Source: Botryllus schlosseri (taxonomy: Eukaryota). From it: a stretch of 64,000 bases of DNA. The notes below the pieces were generated by a model. The model worked only from the letters and a program-made list of their open reading frames with translations, did no database searches and was not told the DNA's origin. Positions 11,201 to 21,600 of the stretch are shown piece after piece. The position numbers and the translations under genes are program-made. Numbering within the stretch: position 1 is the stretch's first letter; each line of letters opens with the position of its first letter. The DNA lies in contig CM119383.1 in assembly GCA_051294905.1 (NCBI GenBank), positions 9,672,001 through 9,736,000 on the forward strand, given 5' to 3'.

Positions 11201-14108
11201 ATCAACAAAGTGAATTGATTCGGCGCCACGTGGTGGTCGCAGCCCTATTTCCGTTCTATACTATATGCAAATATGCTAAGATATTCACAAGAAACCAGCT
11301 GAGAGACGACAAGAGATGTCCGGGTTGCCAAATCTTCGGTAGTCATATACATAGATATAAGGCTCCCTGATATATGATTTGGATGCGTTCAGTGGCCGCC
11401 TTTACAGTGGTTCAATGGATGGCGACCGTACGCTGCAATAGTATTCGAAATGCGACCGCGAATATACCAAAGCGTGCCCGCGCCTGCTGTAGACCAGAGA
11501 TGTGCAACGTTTCTGAGAGCGGGCCAGTTATAGATAACGGGTTGATACCGCTGGCTGCGCATACTTTCTAGTATAGTAGTAGCACGGCCCATCATCTCAC
11601 GATGACGAGACAGTAAGCTGGGATATCGGACTATATACATAACAATAATTCATAATTGGAGTTCATACGCGCGAAATGGGAAAAGATTCCAGGTCATCGA
11701 ATATATTTCTTCAGAAACGTTCATGTTCAAAGTTAGTAGACCTATATATACATATTTTAGTTATTAATCTTTTCGTTCCGTTCTAGTTAACTAACTTAGC
11801 TAACATATACCAGTCCATCAGCTAAATTGGATAGCGGACTGCACAAATGGGGCTGCATATGTGGGCTTTAGGTTGCACACCCCTGCTGTAGAGAGCGTAT
11901 ATGACGTAGATCTGAAGAATTATTACTTTCGTAATCCACCGCAAGTGCATAAAGTGTTGTTTTCGTCTCTAATACCATCTGCATGCTCGACCCGTCCGAG
12001 TGCATTCGCCATACCTCTCCCTTTTGAGAACTAGATGCATTTGTCTGCGTCCAGTAAACCTGGCTGCGACGGAAGGATATTCTCAAATGATATAACAAAA
12101 CATTATAGTCTCTTATGACAAAATGGGTCCGAGCTGTCCATCAATTAGCTTTTGTGCTTGTCGAAATTTGCAGTAATAAAATAATAATTACCGTTTCGAA
12201 CGCAGAATGTAAATAATTCTGCTTACAAACGAAGTATAAATTCAATTTCATATCGGACTCTTACCTGCGTTTGAAATCCAAGGTAATGCTGAATATTTTG
12301 CTCTGTTGAGTTGGAGCCGAAAGAAGCGTTTGATACGACCTTCCTTTCATGTCCCATTTATATAAACCGGTGTCGGTATTCCAGAATAAGTTTCCCCCGC
12401 ACGGATCAATCTCCATATGCGTGACTATGACAATCATGTTTCAATAAGCGATGAGTATAAGTTTCAAATTTATCCGTTAAAACAATTATGTCCGAAACTT
12501 TCACTTGTCCATACCACAAATCAAAAGAATGTACAGTGTAATGTTCAATGTTTTCCGCGATGAGCGTGCAACGATATTGTAAAATACGTTCGCTATAAGT
12601 TCCCCCTTCGAAACGAGCATCGTTAGACTCGCTGAACATATCTTCTGTCGTTATCCTCGAATTTTGTTAGGCAGCAATTTGTTGGTACGGATGGTTTTAC
12701 TTCTTAAATAGTGAGCTAGTAACAGTATACACCACAACAAACTTTTTGGCACCGTATATGCCCCCTAGACCCAGTGCCCATATTATGTTCGCTATCGACA
12801 TTCTCTCCGCAGCCACTTCGCGAGGATGTCGAGTATATACGGCATCGTGCAGTAACGAATTAATCGACAAACGATTAGATTACATTTTTTATATAATTAA
12901 TTAGACGACAATGATGTTATTTTTCAACTAAGCGATATCCACCGCCGAGGCCGACACGTAATTACATTATAAATTTCATCACAAATCATCGCCTATACGT
13001 TAAGTCTCCGAGTTAAATATTCAATAGGACCGTATAATATAACATGTAGTACTTCGCGTAGGCCCATAGTATGAGGCCCTGACGTAAGTCTCAATGTCGA
13101 GAACTGCAACAATATGATGTGGAAAAACTTGAAGTCATTTATGTCTTACCCTTTTCTTCAAATGGCACACTATTGAGTCCATAAATTATTGAGTTCGTCT
13201 TTGAGCTTTGGTATGCCATCTGACCAGTGGCCGGATGCAAACACATCGCCTCTGCGTCTTCGTAAACTTTCGTTGCAGTCATAAAATGAAGGAAATAGTA
13301 ACCTCAGAGTGAGGGAAGGGGTGATATTTGCAGAGATGCGGAATAGCCATATGCAGAGGTAACAGTTCAGCAACGGAGTATTTACTTTCAAGATAGCACA
13401 AATTCGTAGCGTCATTAGTACCTTTTCGAAAAACCAAACATCTTGCAACTTGAAAAGTAGTGACTACCGTGTAAATGCTGAAGGTATACCATCTCCCGAC
13501 CAAATCTACTTTCTGTAACTATCTACCTCAGCACTTGTCGGACCTTTAATTTTATACTACCACTTGAAGCAGTTTTGACATGTCTTGGAAATCGATGCCG
13601 CTACTTTGTAATTGACAAGGAGATGACGTCGTGACTTCTACTCCTATTTGAGTGGCAACGCCGATTACTTTGACCACCTCTGGTTAGAACGTTGTCATTA
13701 AATTACGAAGGCGTGGTGATAAACTGTAGTGTTGTTGGTAACCCAACATAGTAATTATGCACCGCGACCCACATATAGACGAATGCAAGGCCCAACTTAA
13801 TTGACGACAGGCTCATCAGCACGGAAAACCTCCTACTCACTTTGACCGGTCAAAACATTCGTGGTCACTCCATCTGCGCTTTCTTGCAACCCTACTTGTA
13901 CTCCCAATTTTCTAACCTTGTCATGTACCATGATATAATCATCGTTTAAGAAGTCTGTAATTGAGAAATGTAGGGTAGCTCATCAGTTGAGTAAAATACC
14001 CTGGAATGTGCGACATCACTTACCAGTTAGCACCGCTTGTTGCTGCTGTGATGTGAATGGTAAGTAAACCAGACTGATGCTACAAAGTAATATCTCTGGT
14101 GGACGCAT
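6649..14108 (-). CDS. Gene A: putative secreted protein, signal peptide + divergent YWTD-like beta-propeller + acidic Ser/Thr-rich tandem-repeat tail (~913 aa, 10 exons)
   Basis: Phase-consistent model totalling 2742 nt. Blade motifs include MEIDPCGGNLFWNTD, ITLDFKRSQVYWTQ, LAVDYE and GRIYYVD. Exons 3-5 are the least certain. Confidence 0.75.
6975..7660 (-). repeat. Coding tandem repeat, six units of 126/129 nt (TTEAPNRxDEISSESMW...)
   Basis: Anchor tctgaaga at 6998, 7124, 7250, 7379, 7508 and 7634 (periods 126,126,129,129,126). Confidence 0.95.
8571..8953. mobile_element. hAT-type MITE, 383 bp, perfect 8-bp TSD
   Basis: TIR TAGTGCGGA/TCCGCACTA, TSD TGAGGTAG on both sides, (GAT)CCGGCTCCGG subterminal arrays. 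Confidence 0.93.
8966..9917. mobile_element. hAT-like non-autonomous element, 952 bp
   Basis: TIR CAGTGTTGGGAT/ATCCCAACACTG, dense GACTTGACTCGAGTC arrays at both ends; no clear TSD. Confidence 0.85.
10456..10625 (-). CDS. Gene A exon 9
   Basis: ILSYHGRIYYVDPESGRILRFDL; phase 2/1, GTAAGC donor. Confidence 0.85.
10712..10859 (-). CDS. Gene A exon 8
   Basis: Only the required phase-1 frame is open; GTAAGA donor. Confidence 0.8.
10920..11885. mobile_element. hAT (Charlie-type) non-autonomous element, 966 bp
   Basis: Ends CAGGAGTGCTCAACC and GGTTGCACACCCCTG; flanks ctgtcgtg/ctgtagag (6/8). Confidence 0.75.
11927..12063 (-). CDS. Gene A exon 7, YWTD-like blade
   Basis: QVYWTQTNASSSQKGEVWRMHSDGSSMQMVLETKTTLYALAVDYE. 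Confidence 0.88.
12265..12424 (-). CDS. Gene A exon 6, YWTD-like blade
   Basis: THMEIDPCGGNLFWNTDTGLYKWDMKG...ITLDFKR. Confidence 0.85.
13150..13302 (-). CDS. Gene A exon 5
   Basis: AMCLHPATGQMAY blade and strong GTAAGA donor; 5' boundary uncertain (GAG acceptor). Confidence 0.6.
13422..13512 (-). CDS. Gene A exon 4 (tentative)
   Basis: KVDLVGRWYTF resembles AVDWVGRNLYW; phase 0/1 fits neighbours. Confidence 0.45.
13561..13679 (-). CDS. Gene A exon 3 (tentative)
   Basis: ttctaaccag acceptor, GIDF blade-like motif, weak donor, following intron only 48-51 nt. Confidence 0.45.
13841..13954 (-). CDS. Gene A exon 2
   Basis: ttctcaattacag acceptor, GTGAGT donor, open in phase 1/1. Confidence 0.7.
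14024..14108 (-). CDS. Gene A exon 1, signal peptide-like (MRPPEILLCSISLVYLPFTSQQQQAVLT)
   Basis: ATG, hydrophobic core, GTAAGT donor. Confidence 0.7.
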
Positions 14109-16122
14109 TATGCATGCACTTTCAGACCGGTGATGAAAAAGCGCCTATCCTCCAGCTGTCACGAACCACTGGTCCTGCGTCTATATAATATTCATCTATT
14201 GTTATGAGTCTTTATATGCATCAAAATGTATTTGGTATAGTAAACATCGTGTTACGATAGCAAAATTGCGTAAATTCATTCCAAGGTAAAGCATCGTCTA
14301 GTTTAATTTAATCATATTATGACCTCCAACTGGCCCTGTCGTAGTTTCAATGACTAAACGATTGCTGATTGATATTGACATTACGCAATACTATACAACT
14401 CAGTATTAGAAACAGCAACTGCATGTATGTAACGCATTCGAATAGAGATATATGGTGCCTTCAGTGTTAATAAATAAATTATTATAGATAAGGGATGGAA
14501 CTGAAATAGACTTTACTAAGTTCTAGCCTCTGGCGAATAATAATCAGTTAATTTATCGTTTTTGTGGATGACGGTTTATCGTTTATGCGGATGATAAGGA
14601 ATTTCAAGATTGTTCTTGTAATACCGGTAATCACGAAATGTGTGTACGAAGGGCGTCAGTCAAATTATGCAACAAATATCCTTGGAATATGACCAGACCA
14701 TATGCATACAAACCTGCATTTATTGCGGAGACAGACGTATGTAATTGTGTAATGCGTATAGCCTATATTTACAGCTTTAATATCGTTTGAAAGATTGATA
14801 CCGATAAGTTCAGTATCATGGAGAAGAGAACGCTGTCAGGGATTCCACATCAGTAACAATTGGGACGACACCCCCGGCTACGCCAGGAACGATTTAAACG
14901 TCGTTTAAAGCAGGAATGTCAAACGCATCAATAGCGAGTGAACGAAACAAATACGTTCAATAATCAGTACATATCGATCAAAAGCAGGGATTTAAGAAAT
15001 ACCAACGTGAATATATAATCTTTCGAAACAGCAAATGTCGAACCGCCCCGTTCAACCACAATTTAACGATCCGACGGCAATGTTGCGTTTCGCTCTAGTC
15101 GCCATCGACGCCGAAATCCAAGAAAGTACAAAAGCACACCTGCACCTGCACACTCAGATTTCATGAAGAGTGAACCGAAAGTCATTCAGAGAAGCGGAGA
15201 CGGCGATGCTAAACCGTTGTATGCAAATTACAGCACTAATTGAAAATGTGATCTTAGTAGGCCACAGCCACACTCTCATTCATAGAATTAGCAACTTTTT
15301 ATGTAGCCTAGTCCTAGTGCTCAAATAACACAATACAAATAGGCGTGTATCTGGATGGTCGCACCCCTATAACGTCTAACTAAAAAGCTCCCCGCGCGAC
15401 CTCATTTGGTCTATTCTATTCAGCAAATGTGGACTTCCAAGGTATGTCAAGATCAGTAAAAATTAATTCTCATATCCCACTGACTTTGGTGTGGTAATCT
15501 GGTTCAGTGAGTCTTCACTAAAGAAAGGAAGAAAGCCGAGAGATCAAGATCGAACAGGACGAGGTAGATGTTGGATTAGGAGACCGTAATTGGTGGTTTC
15601 GACATTCTTCTATCTGTTCGTGACATCGCATCGTGTCTTGAATGTGTATCTTGATCGCATGAATATGTTAAAGCCAACGATTATGCGCTCAGCTCATGCT
15701 TCTATCTTGCTATCAAGTTCATGAATTTTGATCAAAATATCAAGACTACTGAATAATCTGCTATTTCAAACCTATTTTCACTTTCCAAAGTTCGTTTGCG
15801 AATACATATAACTGCGAAATATCGCCGAATGTTTGCACGTTGCACCACAACTTTATGGATCACAAGTGTGAAAATCAACCAAACGTTAATGCCTTTCATA
15901 TCGCTTGCGACGCTGAATTGTGGGATTCGCTAAAGAGTCCGTGACTTTGGATCACCTAAATCACGTGAGAGTTCATCGACCCGAGTACGCCAGTGCTCGG
16001 AGGCTGGGCGGGCGTCGACACGGCTTTGGTGGTCGATCTGGAATTCTCCCAGTCATTGCCGCTACTTGCGCGGAGACCGCATACAGTCAAGCCGTCGTAG
16101 CTCTATGGGTAGAGCTACGCCG

Positions 16123-16210
16123 CAGGGGTGGGCAACATACGGCCCGCGAAGGGATTTTGTCCGCCCCGCGGACAGTTTTCCGTCTTACATGTTAATGTGG
16201 TCCGCGCCCC
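16123..16210 (+). mobile_element. Charlie-type MITE left-end fragment
   Basis: CAGGGGTGGGCAAC-ATACGGCCCGCG. Confidence 0.6.
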
Positions 16211-16431
16211 CAGTCAGCCGAGATTCCGCACTACTTGCTGGCTATGTCAAACTTCAGTGACTGTATGTTTTAATATACGTGTATGCGCAGCGTGCGAGGG
16301 TGGAGCTTACGCGCAAGTTCGTCGAGGCTAGAAGACTTGCATTATCGGCATTTACGATGTACTCAACCCTAATGTTGTCAGTGGTAATCATGGTGTTTGT
16401 CGACTGCAATGGTCGTTCACACCAGACTGCT

Positions 16432-16975
16432 ATTTCTTATTTTTGATTCCGTAACCGCCGACTTGTTGTACGGCACACTTACAAGCTTTTGTAAGGCACC
16501 GCTTATGCCAGGGGTCGCCAACTCAAAATGGATCGCGGGTCACTTTTAAAATTTCGTATAGAGGACGCGGGCCACATAAATTCAATATCGAGATTAATTA
16601 TAGGCCACACAGTTCAACAAGGGCTACCGGGCTTATCGAATGCCTTGAAATCTTAATCAAGGAGTGCACCGTAGTGTCCTATATGGTGTGGGCACAAGCA
16701 AATCTCACGGCTCAGTGAAATTGGTGTACGTCACATTTTCAATTTGGCCAAAGGCAATTTCACGGTAACTTTTGACCGGCTTACCGAGCGCGAAATTTGA
16801 TAAAACGGGTATCAATCGAAAGCTACCGCGGTACTGATTGCGGAAATGTAAATTTTAATCTGATCGTGGTCCTGGAACCCCCCAAAATCAGCCTGGAATG
16901 TTAAATTTTACTGGAGTTTGGTATTGTGACACCCATTGGTGTTGAAGCTATGGATTATACCACTACGCTATCTCG
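16432..16975 (-). mobile_element. SINE family 1 copy split by an insertion beginning with a hAT-type left end (CAGGGGTCGCCAAC at 16509)
   Basis: SINE 3' part at 16432-16506; SINE 5' head at ~16905-16975. Confidence 0.7.
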
Positions 16976-17349
16976 CCACTATTGCACTATAGAGTATGAC
17001 TCATACTCTATAATTGCACCGTCCGTTTATTGATCAGAGAGCAGCACACATGGCGGCGCCTGTATGACAATGCTATTCTCAAATCCACATTGTCTTCGTC
17101 ATTATCGGCGAGAAATGGCTTTGAAGTGACAATGCTGTCGGTAAAAAACATTCATTAAATACGATTTATTCCTTGTATATGTGGATAAAATGGGCCAATA
17201 ATCTATCGATTCAGCAATCCGGTCCGCCGAGTACTTAATTTTCCTATATCCGGCCCGCCGACTGGAGAAGTTGCCCGCCCCTGAGCTACGGTATCGCAAT
17301 TGGTTATGGTCTGTCTGGTATCCCCGAGCATGTTTCGGACGTCTACCCT

Positions 17350-17530
17350 GCCTGACAAGATAGCGTAATGGTGAAACGTAAGCGTTCTTGATCGGTTGGA
17401 CGACTGTTCAATCCCTGGCCGGGTCAGACCAAAGGCCTCATCATTAGTACTGGCATCCGTGGGTTCACCGTTTGGCGCGAGGCCCCTCCGGATAGCATGG
17501 AGGGGCGGTGCCAAGACTTGGAACGCCTGA
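17350..17530 (+). mobile_element. tRNA-derived SINE family 2 (possible Meta/MESC-like core)
   Basis: A-box TAGCGTAATGG at 17361, B-box GTTCAATCCC at 17406, then ggccgggtcagaccaaag...gtactggc...ttggcgc. Confidence 0.55.
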
Positions 17531-18589
17531 CAAGGCTATTTCTGCACCTTCCTTGTCCAGTGGCATATGCTCTCATGGTTTGCATATGCATTATGCACAC
17601 ATTGCGTGCCGATGCCGCAAAACCCATCAATGACAGAAATATAACACGTCCTATTCTCCATGTCGGAAGTTAAAGATGTGTATCAGGCGCTGTTCTCAGA
17701 GAGTTAGTCTCGACCTTGGAACTCAAAAGACAACCTCGATTCGGTGTATATCTGTTTACGACGTAGGAAACAGTGGCTAGAGATCATGTATGTAATGTAA
17801 CCAGGGCTGAACTAGTACTAGGTCATGGATAGAAACGTGGTGGAAAAGACGACATACCACCTCGATTGTGCGCTGTGCAGTCGGTAGTGAACTACTTGCT
17901 CCAGCCAGCTTTTCTTATGCGTATCTAACGACGTAGAATAGACTATAGCTCGCTTTCTTGCCTACCGAACTCACGACGTAAAGGGTTCGCCTGAATTTTC
18001 GACGCGCGATGTATTTCCGACACAGTAAACATTCGATAGATAATAATAAATAATCAGAAATGAAGAAAATCATAACAGTATCCAAACGAGATGCGTTCTC
18101 ATGCAATAAAATATAGACTGCAAGCTATGCGTCACAGTGCCGGTCTTCGCCATGAGCGGCGCATCGAACAATTCCAACAACCTTACGGTACGTTGTAGCA
18201 CCATCGCTTCCCATGCGTGTACTTTGAGCTTCACTGGTAAAATTGCCAAGACTAATTAGCAATATAGATCATCCTTCTCTACATTATATACATAAAACCA
18301 ATACTTTAAACATTCCTGGACCAGCAGATTTGCGCAATACCGCAACACAAGCTCGTGGTATCGAGATGATCATACGGGTAAGTCTGCCTTGCCTTCAAGC
18401 AAATGAAGTGATAGAAGGAATGCTGATAATCTCGTCGCGCAATTGTCGCTACAGTGACAAGATGTGTGCCCTCGGATGCGGGCATATACTTTGGAATTTC
18501 GCAGGATCGGACCTACTCCAGGCATCGCGAGCGCTGTCGCTCCCTCTTCCGTCAATTCACCATCTCTTCGCCATCCCGTCAATTCAGCG

Positions 18590-18679
18590 TTATCTCGTGA
18601 AGCGATTCATGGCTTTCTGCAGCTCCTTGACGCCGGACTGTATCCTCTTGATGTGGCCCACTTTCGAGACGCCCATGCC
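18590..18679 (-). CDS. DGKD/DGKH: DGK exon 27, end of SAM and stop
   Basis: [29 protein letters not shown]. Confidence 0.95.
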   Translation of the reverse strand, partial: GMGVSKVGHIKRIQSGVKELQKAMNRFTR

Positions 18680-21600
18680 CTGCGGAGGCAGTCAAGTAGT
18701 CAGAAATAACGTCTTAAATTGTACTGCTTTTTAGGGCAAGTCAAAACTAGGGCCAGTGCTCTCAACGCCATAAATTCTCACTGAAGATACCCATGTCCGG
18801 CGGAAAACGGGGAACTGAGGTCAAATTGATCATCGTTGATACCTCAGAACAAGAATGTCGTAAATTTCTACCTGACATAATCTTTACATAGCTATGTGCG
18901 TACACTCGCAAAAATTGCACATACATTAATGCAGTCAGATGTAGCTTTAAATTGGCATTGTGTTCACACGAAACAGGTCCGTTCAGGATCCCTAATGTTA
19001 ATATGCTTGATACTCTTGACACACACAAGTCTTGAGTTGAATAAAACGCACAGCAACGAATGTATAGCAAGATTTCTCAGTTTATCACCCCCAGACGATT
19101 ATTCAAGGACAAAGAGGTAGCCTACATTACAGTTACGAGCCGCTAATCAGCCATCGAGTTCAAGCTGCGGGCACTCACTTTCAAATCGTTCGACTCGAGC
19201 TTCAGCAGTTCCTCGCCGCGAATTTCGTGAGTGGAGAAGATGTCCTTGTATTCGCCGAGCTGTACGCATTCCAACCACTGGCCCACGTCGTTCACACTCC
19301 AGTTGTTCACTGCGAAAGCAACGATCAAATGAAAATCCGCAGATTCGAATCGCTACTTTTTTGGAAAGATTCAAGTACGTTTTTGTGTACTCGCACTGCT
19401 TTCTCGAGCGGTTATGATTTTGCACTGCTTCTATTCCAGTTTTCATTTTTTTCCTGCAAAACTAGGCATAGAGCCCTTTAGCCACCTACTTTTTACTTAC
19501 TCCACCTACTCGGAGATCACTACTTCTACTTGTACCGGAGCGCATCAATAACACCGCTATCACGTCATAATATGGTACTGGAACACTAGACTCGAAATCG
19601 AATCGCACGGGCAGCCGATTTTGTCTGGCAATAATAATCTCAAACTTTTACCATTGTAGTCCATGTTGATTGCTTTCTGTTCCTTTTTGTGGTTTTTCCG
19701 TGAAAATGGACGGAATTTAGTTTTGTGCGTCGTCGTAGCCGTGGAGACGTTGACCGGCTGCTATAACATCAAAGTGTTTCTAATTCTGTCGGCTCTGGCG
19801 CTATCAAAAGCATCATACCTCTTCGACCGGCGCTTGGCACATCATGGACGACAGCCACTTGATTTCGGCGACCCTTTTCATGGCGGTTTCCAAGCCGTTC
19901 AGCCACTCTTCGATCTTACGCGACAAGCCGCTCTGCTCCTGAAACACGAGGAATCTATTTGTGTCTGGGACGCTGATAAGGTTCCACGTGGCAAGGCAAA
20001 GCATGGCCTGCTAAAGAATGCTGGAAATATTCCACAATTTCATGTGCGACAAGAAATGAAAGCACCTAGTTTCTGGCAGTACTGTGGAATTGCAGAAATT
20101 TCAAAGTAATACAGATGAGTGTTCTAGTTGTGCATAAAATATCTAAATGTGAAGTAGTGCCGACCACACTTTATATCCATGGATAGGATTCTGAGTCACG
20201 ACAAATAAAACACAATACTTCAACTTTACAAACTGCGCAAGTCACAAAAAAGGGTGAAATAGAGGTAGTAAAAAATCAGAATTACTTGAATAAGTATGGA
20301 AAGTATGCAAAATAAACAAAAAAGTTTTTTGTACCCGACCAGCTCTGATTATGCCAGGCCTCAGTAGTTTCATGAAGCTACAAGTGATCTAGCAGAGCTG
20401 CGACACCCACCTCTGCGCTGGAATCGATCATTTTGGCCATCATCGACGACAAATCGGCGATGGCGCCCACCAGGTCGGACACATGGCTCCTCGATATCAT
20501 GTCCGTAGCGCGCACGGCCGGGCTCATCTTCTGGCTGATGCGACGTACGGCCGTCACTGACGAAAGCAGTCCGTCCGGGTAAGAATCGGATTCTTCCGTC
20601 GCCGATTTTATTCTACGAGATAAACGAGGTTTAAACACAATGCGTACGTCAGCAATTGAGCATTAAGTCTCTCGAAAAGAAAAATTTTACTACAGGCTCC
20701 CAGAAATTGTCGAGTTAGCCGAAACGGTTATTCCAATTTGAAATTCCACACATTTTTAGCAAAACGTACGGCATGTCGCTACGTAACCTAACAATATCTG
20801 TGGATCTGTAGAGAACAACAATCAGCAAAATGGGCGTGCGATCATCCGCGACCCACAACCGCACGAGACGACACTCACTTCTCCGCCAATTCGTTGACGC
20901 TTTCCGCCAACTCGCCGACCGCCTCCAATTCCGTCTCGTTCAAATATTCGATGGACAAATGGCGGTCGAGAAATCTCTGCTTGTCCTCCCACGACTTCAA
21001 CGTTTCCTCGAAGTGCTGAAAATATATTTTAAAACTGACACATTGCTCAACTACTACGAGGCGGTCAAAGTAATAAGCGTCAGCACTGGAATTTGATCTG
21101 TATTCTACAGTTATTTACGAACAGGGACGGTCAATAACGAAGTACTTCTACTTTTACAAGGTACTCAAGTAGGATTTGCCTATTTGGATTACTTATGTCA
21201 GCCGTTATGATATTATACTTTCACATTTACTTGATAGTTTTAGTTCTTTAGCCTAAACTGGGTCTCAATTACTTGTTTCGAAATTGTTGCTAGTACTTGA
21301 GTAGAAATTTATGATATTACTTCTACTTCTAGTCATGTATCGATATGACCACTTATGATTGCTGCTTCAAGTGGGAGTAGATAACGAAGGTCTGAGAATG
21401 AATCGCTTAAGAAGTTTCACCAAGTAGATTTGGTCAATGGGTCACATACTTTGGCCAGTAAATCGGAGGCGGCTACGCCGCAAATGAGTGCAATTCTTGG
21501 AAAGACATTTGGTTACCGCGGTACCAAGGTTTGTTCAACGGTATCCATCGCAATTTCACTCTTGAAAGTATGCAATTAGCATCTCTGCCACAATCACTAT

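Noticed and set aside
12406-12639. 77-aa minus ORF as a gene A exon
   Set aside because: No donor in the phase needed for exon 6; the exon at 13150 fits directly.
18243-18734. 163-aa plus-strand ORF
   Set aside because: Antisense to the DGK last exon and 3'UTR; no recognisable domain.
19939-19972. Upstream acceptor at 19973 for DGK exon 24
   Set aside because: Phase 2, incompatible with the phase-0 donor of exon 23; the acceptor at 19939-19940 fits.
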